The position numbers and the translations under genes are program-made. A DNA stretch of 64,000 nucleotides from Spizellomyces punctatus DAOM BR117. Taxonomy: Eukaryota. Positions 50,885 to 64,000 of the stretch are shown piece after piece; position 1 is the first letter of the stretch; every line of letters begins with the position of its first letter. The stretch lies in assembly GCA_000182565.2 (NCBI GenBank), contig KQ257467.1. One strand, written 5' to 3'. Below the pieces are notes generated by a model. That model saw nothing but the letters and a program-made list of their open reading frames with translations, made no database searches and was not told where the DNA came from.

Positions 50885-52143
50885 CGAATGGATACCCTTC
50901 AGTGAAATGAACAAGATCGGTGCTCATCGGTGCCTTTTGTATTTAGTGGGTTGCTTCTGAATACGGGTATCTTGTTCTTGGATTAGGCGGCCCTGTGTAT
51001 AGCGAATGGCGGGCTACGTACCTGTATGATTTGTTAAGTAATCTCTGTAGATTAACGCTTGTTTTAAGGAGTCTTTTCTTGGAAAGTATGCTAGGGCACA
51101 ATACAAACAGCAGTATCCATTCCGTATGCCCGACTGTACCTTGTTGAGTTGTAACACTGTTGAACATTGCTGAGATGTCTCCCCAATTCAGACCCTGTAG
51201 TAAATAAACCTTGGCCATTGAACGGCGAGTGTACCAGTCCGTATAAAACTCTGGATCTCTGGATATCGGTATAGTGATCGTTTCCCACAGAAATTAGAGT
51301 AACCGTAACCCCATAACCCTACTCTGATCCTGTAACCATTTGTCTGCCCGAAAGGTATCTCACGAACAATGTTAACCCTTATCACCTAGCTTTGGAACGG
51401 GGCGTAACACGACGATGACAGTGAACATATTGGAAAAGACTGATCATGCAAAAAGGATACCACCGCTGCTGGCCGCTGGCGTACCATTGTTTTTTCAATA
51501 GGGGGAAACCCCTTTGAGCCAGGTAGTGTTAATTTCCAACTCCGCCGTGAGGATGATTAATCCCAATGTCCGAATGTGTCCGAATGCAATTCAATTCGCG
51601 CGTCGCGCGACTGGGAAGGGGGGGCGGTCGAATATGGCTGGCGCGCAACCAAACCTTCTCTGCCAGGGGAGGGACTCCTCAAACTCCGGTCAACTCCTTT
51701 GAACTCCTCAAGGGTCAGGCGACGTGACCTCGGTAAATGAATATGTGGAAAAGCTTCTCTGACCTCTTGACCAACAAATTCGGCATTCTAATGACGAGGT
51801 GGGCAAAAGCAAACCAGTCTTAGAATGGAATGAAAATAGATTCATCATTTGACGCCGAGTCACGCTGTTGTTTCCCCTTGCTTTTCTGGATTGTCGGAAT
51901 TCCAATCACCGGTTCATGAGGGAGGTGATTTCATTTGTTCCTGTGGCTTTCCGCCCTATTTTATTTGAATCGTTGTCTTCATTTCCCCTCTGGGATTTCT
52001 CGCATAAAAAGTCGAACCCTCTTCAGCCCCGACGCCTCCCTCCCCAACCCTTCTCCTTGTTAGTAACGTCCACGCCGTTGTCATTTTTTTAAAGCTTGTT
52101 GGAGGACTGTCCAGCTTTATAACGCTACTCTCGCCCTTCTTTC

Positions 52144-52253
52144 TCGCGACGCGTTCAACGCTGCCGCTTAGCAGCGCGTTTTGCACGCTTATCCTATACG
52201 CGTTTACGACAAACTCCATTGGCGACCTTGTCGTCGTCGCTGCACCCTCGCGT
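52144..52253. promoter_or_regulatory. Cluster of MCB/SCB/E2F-like CGCG elements
   Basis: TCGCGA 52144, ACGCGT 52149 and 52198, GCGCGT 52174 and TCGCGT 52248: five CGCG cores in 110 bp upstream of the 52395-55196 gene. Confidence 0.5.
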
Positions 52254-52394
52254 TACCGTTCGTTGCCTTGACGATATGCTTGGCTCTGGCAGGCGCTGGG
52301 ACGCCAAAGCCAACGCAAGTTTAAGAAAGGCAAATACTTCCCGGTCTCAGAGTGGACAGTAAGTTTTACTGTCGCTATTTTTGACCTTGCGCAG

Positions 52395-55196
52395 TGTCTC
52401 AACAATGATTCCAGCACGGACAATTATGCAGCTCAAGATCAGCTTCATCGCCAGTCGCTTTCCCCTCTTGCCAGTGGACAGCCATCCAGGGCATCTGTTG
52501 CACTAGGAACACGTCCGACGCACTTGGTTTCGCCTCCGCGGGAGACGACAGACAGTCAGTACCATGTGCTGTCGACACCATATCAAGGTACTGGAAGCTG
52601 CGCTTCCACGTCATCGCCTTGGTAGGTGCTCTCAACTTGCTTTTGGGAAAGTGGCGATAGCGTTCTAAGAAAGCCTTGCTGTAGTGATTCTGCTATGAAA
52701 GATCCATCTGGTATTGTCGCGACACAAGCTACAATGCCTGATACACCGGCTAGAAATACTCGCTCCAAGTATGTATCTCATTCTTGTCTATCTTTATCTC
52801 ACCCTAGTTTATCTTTTGGCTCAAATGCGGCACAAACTAATCTGCTTCCTGTACGGTCCAGATCCTGCATCAAAGAACGGGACATCCATGATTTGATGTT
52901 AAGAGACGCACAGCATACACGAAAAGGTGGTCCAAAGACTTCAAACAAAACATCCACAAAGGACAAGGACAAGAGCATTATCGATGAAGGCCATAGCAAG
53001 CCTATCAATTCAACTGAGGCGAATCATGCACGCACTAGTCAAACCATTATCGCACCTACGACTACAGAGTGTGCATATAACGCTACAGAGACCGTTCACA
53101 CACTCGCCACTACTGAGACCAGGACGGTAGAAGAGACTCCAGGCACCAATTTAAGTCGCATCCTTGGAGGCATGGCCCTTGCCAGTGTCCAAAAGTCCGG
53201 CACGCACGCCGCACGCCCTGGCTCAGCTCCAGCCAGCAGACCGGCCGAGACGCCTCTATCGCGTCGCATCGGAAGCACTCGTCCTACTACACCCGGGGGA
53301 CCAACGCCTCGTTCCTCCCTTGCCGATGCGTTCGGCACCATGGGACTCCGCACACCAGGCAGTTACACGGGAAATTACCGCTTCACCCGGGACGCTGATC
53401 GCACCCCCCACCGAAACCGTACACCCATCTTGGATGCATCAAGCCCCTTCAACACTGGGAATATAACTCGCTCAGTGACCTCGGCATCTATGAAAAAGCT
53501 GTTTCCATCTGATCCTCGTCCTCGCACGGGGAGCGCTCCCAAAAAATCGGGCATGTTATTCTCGGGCAAATCCATCCCGGAAAAGTTTGCTCCTTCGTTG
53601 CAGAGCGTGCCGAGCTCGGCAAGACGTAAACTGATTGACGAGTTGAAGGCTTGTTCACCTGCGACAAGTAGTACACCAGTCTCGCCATCCAGGCAACGAC
53701 CCCCCAGACCCCCAACATCAGCACTGGGCACACCCAGTTCGACAATGACGGACAACCCATTCCTCGTAGAATCCCCCGGGGATTCGTCCCCGTTTGTCCT
53801 TGAAGGCACTACAACTCCTGTCACACCCTCAAATCACGGCAAAGAGAGAGCGGAGGTCGTGACACCTCCTGATCAAATACGAGACCCATCGCTCACACCC
53901 ATTCCACCCACTCCCATGGTCCCTAGGTCTTGTCACACTCCAGTAGATGATCACCTTCCAGATTCTCCTACGAGCGTCGTGACGAGGTCCATCAAAAAGC
54001 CTCGTGGATGGAGATCAGGGTCTCCCGCAAGGTGGCATAACGACGAAAAGCAGCACACGGACGACGTGGATAAAGGGAGTCAGCGAATGTGGCCTAACAC
54101 GAAGAGAGATATTCGCGGGTATAAAACCGCTCCCTCATCATCCTCCGCAGCTTTTCCCAAAGGGATCTTTGCGCCAGAGTCAAGTCCGACTCCAGGTCCG
54201 AATGTGGAATCCAAATACTCTCCTGATTCAAAAAGCCCAAGGTCCGGTGAAAAACGACAACATGTCGAAGAGCCCGACCCAAAGACCACCAAAATGGGCC
54301 GCCACGATATGCGACGGTACACGGATGTTCCCAAACACCACGACTTTGACATTTCCGACAGCAGTGATGAAGACAGCGATCAAGAGATATACAATCAATA
54401 CAATGGCAACGTGAATGTCTTCATGGTCACACACCTCCCCACTCCACATCTGCCAGAATGCTACGAGAGCGTAGACTTTTGGAATAAAGAAAACAAGGAT
54501 GTTATTTCACGGATTTTCACACCCCTCGACCCGACTCGTACAGTTCTCGGGGAATTGAGTCTGAACAGTTTTGCGGAATACAACGTCCGGGATTCTGATG
54601 AACCTGTTACGGTCGATTGCGAGTACGCGGATAAACAATCCATTACGCCCAGCAGGAAATTGTCTTCCCCTTCACCAACCGGGCGAACGGCGCTCACGTG
54701 TAAATCACACTACAGATATTTGAGCAAATCTCACGGTGTGTACTTGGTGGAGGAAAGGAGAGCATCACTTCCTGTGGCGTTCGGGTCCAGCTCACCGAGG
54801 TTTGCTTACCCATACTGCCCTCGTGAGCCGTCTCCACTGAAGCAGACACTGTCAATAAGACGGGAGTTTGTCCGCCGCACGCCCTCAAAGTCTGATCCAA
54901 TACCACCAGTTCCCGGAACGCCCATAGACAGTGATGAATCAAGAAGCGGCAGTGCCTCAACCCTCCAAAAATCGCCCAACATATCAGCAGGTACCAGCCT
55001 CAAACATGTCAATACCGATAGTTCCCGTTCACCAAGCCCCATTAAAAACCATTCAAAACATCCGAGGTCACCCACGCTCGACATTGTGAAAAGGGCTCAC
55101 ACACCGACTCAGAGCCCGTATCCCAAAAAGCATCGTCCCAATTCGCCCTCCCCCATCAGAACTCCCCGACGCGCCGCTCGCGATCCATGGAAATAA
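52395..55196 (+). CDS. Large disordered S/T/P-rich protein with KEN-box and D-box module (Acm1-like); 5' end unresolved
   Basis: 856-codon ORF 52626-55196; in-phase upstream exon 52395-52621 with introns 52622-52684 and 52769-52861; many SP/TP sites; NKENKD and RTVLGELSLNSF. Confidence 0.7.
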
Positions 55197-55520
55197 GAGC
55201 TGTTACTTCATACACTGAAGGATATACACCGACAAGTGCAGATAAAAAACGTTTTCTTAAACTGAACTACCTTATAGATCGCCATGTGCGAAACAATGAG
55301 GGGAGGCTATAGTAGAATCTTCCCCCTATATTTAATGCTTTCTATCCCTGCGTGTAAATTGTTGCTTTGAAGATGTTCTATCCCCTCCCCACCCAGCTTC
55401 GATATTAAACTTGTATAAATTAACAACAGAAATCAATGGTATGAATGTGCAAATTGCTTTCTCATCACCGCCGAAAAGAACAAACGTTTGGGAGTGCGTC
55501 AGTAGAGACTTTTTGTGGAA

Positions 55521-56512
55521 TTATCCGTACATCGGATCCCAATCCTCTTCCTCGTCGTCTTCAAGTGGTGCCGTAGTAGCAGAAGCAGCCCGTTCTGCCT
55601 CTTTCTTTTTCCTTTCGTACTCTTCGTCATCGGTCGGATATTCTCTCCGACATATCGGACATGTATTGTGCTACAACACAACCGAAGCAGAATGTGTGAA
55701 CGGCCATGCCCAAAACAAACTCTTGCGACTTAACCTACCAGTTCCAGCCACGGCACGATACACTCTGCATGAAATCGATGATGGCATGGAAGCTGCTTTG
55801 CGATCGCTCTTGAGGTCGGTGCGGTCCCCGTCGACGTGTGATGCGAAAAAAACGATTCAACGCAAACGGAGCATGTTGCATCTGTTCCAAACGACATGAT
55901 CCACGATAAGTTCGAGGCTTCTCTTTTGAATTCCTATGAGGAAAAGTCCCACCAGTTTTCTCATCATTAATCTCCACAGTGGGAAGATTGTGAATAAATT
56001 CCTTCGATGCTGGGGGTTTGCCTTTTCCACTGTAATCATGGACAGAGTATCAATATCTTGTGGATTTCCTCGGGACAGGCGAGATACGTCGCACTCAGTA
56101 TTACAACTCACGGCGACTTTACCTCGCGTTGGCCTCTTCCAATAGCTGAGATATGAGATTATCTAGTAGGGTTTGCTGTGCTTCGTTGTCGGCTAGGTAA
56201 GGGCGGTCACGGATAGAACCGAACAGACTATAGGAGTTTTGGTTAGATACGCCGTGATTTATCTCACATATCCATCACAACACCCAACCTCGCTACTGCA
56301 AGCATATTTTCCGCCTCACGCATTTCATCTGCAAATGTCGACGTACGAGGCTCATCCGTAATAAAATCGTCAATATTGGGGTTGAGAGCATTGCCTCTAG
56401 GCCTACGGCTCCTTCCAGGCTCCGGAAGATTATGATCCTCTGCGATAAAGTACTCGTTAGGGGCTTATCAACCCATGATGCTATAAAGATCAGACCTACG
56501 AAAATACGACAT
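55521..56512 (-). CDS. RING-H2 E3 ubiquitin ligase, RNF181-like
   Basis: Spliced: MSYF-QDHNLPEP...GKPPASKEFIHNLP...CSVCVESF...[37 protein letters not shown]...WDPMYG*. Confidence 0.85.
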
Positions 56513-56714
56513 CGTGTGTGGGGAATTGCGTGCAGAACGGCAATTGGCAAGGCGGACCCTCGCCGTTGGATTATCATGCCAAGGTGAGTCATTGCCCAGA
56601 CATGACGTGGTTATTTCAGCGCTTACGTCTAACGCACACTGTTTTAAAGTTTGGTCTTGAAAATATTAAAAGACCAATAAGGTGATATTTTATTCTGCGA
56701 CACAATTATGGTAT

Positions 56715-58231
<1,517 letters not shown>

Positions 58232-58717
58232 ATTGACAAAAGAAATCAGAAATCCGCTCCGAGGGGTTGAGGAAGGCAAGAAGAATATCCCGATGGCAAA
58301 GGAAACGCAGATGGCAAACGACGCGCGGTCAAAGCAATCCCCTCCTTCAAGAGTCCTTTTTTGAATACCCACCAGTTTTCTTTTCCGAACGCCCCGATGG
58401 TTACGAGATCTGAAGATGGCCTCAGCCAATGACAAGCCTTTAAGATGCATTTGATCCGGATCAATTTCAGATAAGATCTAATTATATCCGATTAATTGTA
58501 TATTACAGATCTTTACAAGGCTCAAAAAGCAAATCGCAAGCGACGCAAGCTCACAGCGCCAGAGGTCGTCTTTTTGAAGCAGACGGAGGAGCATTAGATG
58601 ACAGATATTATCCTTGGTGAAGGTGGCAGGAACAATTGCGCATGACCGGGCATGCTATTATAGGAAGGGAAACCGGCCTTTTGAACTTCTCATATCTAGA
58701 TGGTAAATTGGGAATAT

Positions 58718-61650
58718 TCAGCGGATGGTTTGTGTAGGAGGCAGCTCTAGGTTATCATCTAGTTCATCAATTCGTAGGCTCAAGGGTCGCTTTGGCGCGT
58801 TGTGTAGGGTTGTAGCGTTCTTCTTCTCATTTGCCAAGAGCCGTTTCGCGACAGTCACCCAATGTTCACAGTGGGTTCTATATGAGCATTGTCAACCAAA
58901 GGGGCGCCAAGAGGAACTCACGACGAGGCTCGACTTACTGAACAATCTCTCGCAAATCGCGTCCATCTTCTGACAGAGTTTGAATCTCTGCAGCATCTCG
59001 CATAAGGTTAGCGTTGAAGGACGCCAGCTACAAGAGGGAAAAGTCGACCTTAGCCGTCACTGGTACATGTATTGCGATCGCCAGTGAGAGGTGTTTTTGT
59101 ACCTCTTGAGTCAATTGAGCGAATTCATGGTCCCAGGCATCTGTTGGTTTCTCCCGGCCTGCTCTTACCAGCAGGTGAACCATCCAACTAATCATGGTCG
59201 TATGTAACTTTATATTCTCTGTTGTGGCAAGGAGAAGTGAGGACACTGCCCAACTGAATGACGGTACTATACTACCCACCTTCGTTTCTTATATCGGTGT
59301 CGGTATTCAATTGATCGAGTAAGCGAGAGAGCCAATTCTCTACATGTAGAGGAATCTTATGTTGTTCCTTTTCCGTAGTGTTGGACAATGTATCTAGCGA
59401 GAGGAAGTACATTCGTTTAGAATTGAGGACATAACCAGTTTGAATCAATTGAGGAATCTACACTCCGGAGGAAGAATCTCTGCGCGGGATCACAGGTAGT
59501 ATAATCTGGGAGTCTCACCGTTTGATCCTCCGAGATATGTGATCAAAGGGTGGTGGTTCACACATTATACTACCCTTTGCCCGTACGGATTGCATCTTCT
59601 CCGGTGCATCTTCTGAGAGGAACGTACCAATGAGATTCTTGCCAATTTGGGCGCTCCAGTTGGTAAGTGAGTCCCGAAGCGACTGTCGCTCGGAAAATGG
59701 TAATGGCTTGTCAAGGTCCCGCGCACTGTAGGTCGTGTATCTACAAGAAAGAACTAGTCAGGTTATCCACTTGACAGCGAACCTTGAAAATCAAAAAAAA
59801 AAACTACCTATCCTCCAATTGATTTTGCAAGTTAATGACATTACTGGCAATTCCATCCTCTCCTGACACACGCATTTCCAGTTTGGTTAGCCATTCTTGG
59901 ACTTCCAACCCGACTCTGCTCAGTATTTCTGTCAGAGGAAGATAGTCCTTCCCATTCGTATTCTTCTCATTTCGTCTCAGCAACTTGTATCCTCCTTCTA
60001 TCCAGACCTCCGTTTCTTTCCGGATTTGCGATATGTCCTCTTGAAATGCCAAGTCTCTATCGCTCGTGAACCTAATGGCTACTGATGTGATCTGTTCCAC
60101 CCATTTCATCAAGTGTTCGGACAAACTCTTGACATCGTGTATTTGGAAAGCTTTGAGCAAAGGGTGCTCTACTTCAAGGGTATCAACTTGATCTCCAGTG
60201 TCGAGATTGCGGAGAACCATATCCATATCTCGTTGCATTTTAGCCAAAGTCTCAATATTATGCTGATCTTCTTCGACAACAGACTGGGACAATCGGATAA
60301 GTTTTGACCTCCATTCCTCAATCTTTCGTTCGATGTTGTGGAGTTGCGAATCGTTAGTGTTACTGATGATGACTGTCATGTGGTTTGTAGCTCGAAGTCG
60401 GGCATGTTCGTACTTCTGAAGAAGAACTATATCGGCAATGCCGTGCTCTTGACCGATTCGGAGAGCCAAGGCCGTCGCTGCGTCAACCCAGATGCGTTTC
60501 TCTTGCTCTGCCAACCGAACGGCGTCCTCCAACCGATCACGTTGCATTCTGTAAAGCTTGTGATACTCTTCCAATATCTCTCCCGTATTGTCCGACTGTG
60601 TCAATACAGATACTAGCTTTTCCTGCGCATCTTGGGCTTGTTTCGTAACATCCAAATCATGCTTTCGGATGATCTCAAGTTCCCTTACCAAATCCGCCAC
60701 GGTTTCCTTGGACCGTAATAACTCGTGTGATAGTCGTCTATTCAATTTCCTCTGAGCCAGCAATTCCGTATGTAAGTGCTTGACGTGTTTTGGGATCTTG
60801 GTGAACATGTTGGCGTATCTGTTTCGAATTTCGGCTAAAACTTCCCCGCGCTCGATCATGTTGACCGTCACCTGTCGTATCAGCTCTTGGAATACCGCAT
60901 CATAAATCTTTTGCTCTTCTTGAATGATGGCTAAAAATGCATGCATTTCTGTTGGGTATTCCTGATCCATTTCTGCACCAATTTCTTTTATTAGTGCTTC
61001 CATTGTATGCTTGAGGAGAGCAACTTCTTTGCGAGTGGTGGGTCGCATCGCAGCCAGGTTGAGTTGGTGCTCGGAAGAAGCGGGTACGTTGGAAGACTGC
61101 TTGCAGACAAAACCCAGTAAATCAAGATGTTGTCCAGATGATTAACTCTTATTTGCTGCTCACCCACCCCATTGGCGCCAACGCCAGGCGCAACTATATT
61201 CATACTGTCGGCAGTCACCGATCCAGCTCTGTCGCCTGGAAAACTTTGAGTGCGCCCTCTTTGTCCACCTGTGTCTCGACTGACATCCTCTGATTGCTCC
61301 GCGTGAAAGTTACGCTCGTGTCCAGCATCATATATGAACGACAAATCGTCGTTAATTCCAGGCGCCTGTCGAGAGATTTGTGCCACTCGCGAAGCTGGTG
61401 TTCGTTGTATTGTGCTACGGGATGCTGGACTAGCTGTGTATGCGCCTTTTTGTACATGTGCTGTCGGAGTCGATTGGGTTGAAGGAGCATCGAGACCAGT
61501 ATTGGAAGCGATGGCCTCGGGCAGAGGGTCGGCTTTCGAAGACGTGAAGGCCTTGGCCCTAGTTGAGGTTTTTCTAGCAGGAGTTGGCTTAGGACCCTGT
61601 GTGGAGAGTCTTGAAAGGTCGGAAAGAAGAGCAGTTGGAAGGTACGACAT
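58718..61650 (-). CDS. Axonemal dynein light chain domain-containing protein (AXDND1-like), coiled-coil
   Basis: RPTTRKEVALLK...EEQKIYDAVFQELIRQVTVNMIERGEVLAEIRNRY (axonemal dynein light chain motif); 414-codon core exon; last exon IVQ-THCEHWVTVAKRLL...TIR* at 58718; internal 3' exons approximate. Confidence 0.78.
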
Positions 61651-61909
61651 AATATTCGATGTGGTGGTGAACTACCACCCACGAAGGATCTGCATGCAAA
61701 GGCTGTCCGTACGCGTTGCTGACTAAGATGTATCACGTGGATACGACGGGTACTGTTCGGCTGCCTTTGCTGCAAGTCTGTGGAAGGTAGGTATCCAAGG
61801 ATGATGAAGAGGGGCTACACCGGAACATTTTAATACCTACTAGATGCACAGCTCGCAAACGCCTTTCATCCTCGTTATAGCAGCGGAAATGAGCTAATAT
61901 TTTTATTTC

Positions 61910-64000
61910 TTAAATCCAAGTTGCGGACCTCACTTCGTAGGTCGCGCCAGCAAAGAAGTTGACCTTTGTTATCTGACCTTCTGGAAAGGGTAGCTTACTT
62001 GCAAGGCTAAATGGGGAAGCCATTCCGTTATCATCGTGCTCCTTTGGTAATCCTAGGACAGGCAGAATCAAAGCGCATGGCAGTGGCCAGTCTCCATACT
62101 GGATCCTATTGATTTTACATTGCACGATCGACAGGACACGATGTACACATTTAGCCAGGTGACGATATTTGTAAATTCGCCAGTGCGTCCCTCATCTCAA
62201 GGCCAAGTTGTGGATCTACATATTTTCAATTGTTAGTGCATATCTGTGGTATCTACGATTCAAACCAACTCACTTCGCCGCATATCCACCAAACAAGCCA
62301 GCTTAGGATTCTGTGATATGGTAGAGGCCGCGGCTGAGATCTTGATCATGCAATCTTTGAAAGCAGCCACCGCTATAAGCCAAAGTTCCTTAACTTCCTC
62401 CCATGCTTGCTGGTCCTTGCCAAGCGATGCCTTGCAACCATCGAGTATAAACGAAAGACCTTGTTCAAGCAATCCTTCCACAGTCAGACGATTACTCTCA
62501 ACTTGATCAGAATTGAGCTCGCGCAGGATCATCAACGAAAGAGTCGTCATACTAGCCCGCAAAGTGAGCCCATCCTGCTTCGCGCTGTGGTCAAATTCCA
62601 CGAGATCCCGCAGAAGTAACCGGGTCGCGTCTATGAACTTCCTGTCTGCCGACACCGCTTTACGATTGGTAGCAACAATGTTGAGAAGGATGCTAACAAG
62701 TGTGAGCCTCAAAGGCGACTGCGAGTCGAGAATGGACCAAAAATCGACCACCATGGCACAGCCGCCTTCATCCACAAATATGTTTCCAATCTCTGGGTCC
62801 GTGGTTATATTTACAAAAGCAGGACCGAGAAATTCCATAGGATGCACGCCAACAGAGTTCATTCTGCAACGACAGCAATAAGCTACATTATAAATACTTA
62901 GTCGTCACAACCTGCTTACCGTCTTCTCCCTGCTAGAACAAGCAATGGAACAATATGCCGGATCTCGTGTGGAGAGAGGGTATCATCTTCAGCCAGCCAT
63001 GATGATAGCGCCCTAAGACACGATGCCGTGACTACATTGTCCAAGACGCCTATATCGTTTTCGGATCGATACTCCGCCTTTCCAATTGCAAAGGTCAACA
63101 GCTGAACAGTGTATGTAGGGACTAAGGTAAATGGCTCACCATTTCTTCAAGCAGATAAGCACTGATAGCGGTAAATGCTTCATGCAAAGCCTCTCTGATT
63201 GAAAGCAAGACGTCGACGGAGATGGATATAGGACCGTTCTCTTCCACAAGCCCGCGCATGGAATAATCGACAATTTCACAACATACTGGCGTTATGGCCA
63301 CAAATTGTGATTCTGGCGTCGTAACGCTGTTGACGGGCAGGTCGTCGAGCAGGACACGGAGCTCCCCGCACGCCACGTGAATCAGCAACGCTACAAATTG
63401 TTCAACCGAAAGCCGAGACGTTCTTGCATTTTGAATCTGCTGATCGGTGAAACCCCATCTTGAACCAAATCGCCGAAACATTGTCGCTGCTAAGATTAAA
63501 GACATATCTCTCTGGCTTGTGCCTGAACGAGAATTAGCGATTCGTGGCACATGAGGTGCAGATAAGAACTACAACATACCAATCTTGCTTCCGTACACAT
63601 CCTTAAGCCCCTCCCGGATTTCTAGCGCCCATAGTGGTATAGCCTTATCCGTTTGCTCTTCGGGTAATGCTGAGCACAGTTCAATCAACAGGCTACCAAC
63701 ATCAAATTTGAGCTGCCCTTGATTATTAGAAAAGACGGCGGCAAGCGTGGGCAATATCCCGAAAAGCGTGCTGTCAATCATTGCAGAACCGGTCGGATCT
63801 TCAGTACCTCGATAGGCATTCGCCTGCCGCACATACGTCTCAACAACCGAAAACGCCAGTTTCGTGATAGATGCTGTTTAATATGAGCTTTAGTCAATAA
63901 AAAAGGTCTCATAAGAGCAAGTGGTTATGCTTACAATTAGCATCACGCGAGTCAAGTGCAGTAGACACTACTGTCTGTAGCACAGGACCGAGATGATCTA
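61910..64000 (-). CDS. Neurochondrin-family (ARM-like) protein, 5'-truncated by the window edge
   Basis: HVACGELRVLLDDL, LLSIREALHEAFTAISAYL, ASCLRALSSWLAEDD and EFLGPAF across GT-AG introns; stop at 61910. Confidence 0.7.

Noticed and set aside
51500-52220. Possible minus-strand gene from short ORFs
   Set aside because: Could not assemble an in-phase spliced model or find any motif.
60991-61170. Overlap of the 219-aa and 414-aa ORFs suggesting a programmed frameshift
   Set aside because: Explained by an ordinary GT-AG intron near 61100-61170.

Overview
Eukaryotic, gene-dense, intron-rich genomic DNA (short GT-AG introns, mostly 55-135 nt), most consistent with a zoosporic (chytrid-like) fungus: it has fungal-type DAHP synthase, Mug190-like and MCT genes, plus an axonemal AXDND1-like gene. 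I can support about 21 protein-coding genes, two identical tRNA-Val(AAC) genes in inverted orientation and one 383-N assembly gap inside CEF1. Gene models were spliced by eye, and family assignments rest on recalled motifs, not database searches. Best leads: (1) two diverged paralogs of an uncharacterised family combining five CxxC pairs, a C..H motif and a GNAT-like C-terminal fold (7789-11337 and 37084-39629); (2) a complete LEUNIG-type LUFS/Q-rich/WD40 corepressor, an architecture normally described from plants; (3) a large disordered protein with an Acm1-like KEN plus D-box module, downstream of a cluster of MCB/E2F-like CGCG elements; (4) a WS/DGAT with an unusual CYSPSC tandem motif next to an MpaB/Lcp-type oxygenase, inside a segment flanked by the inverted tRNAs.
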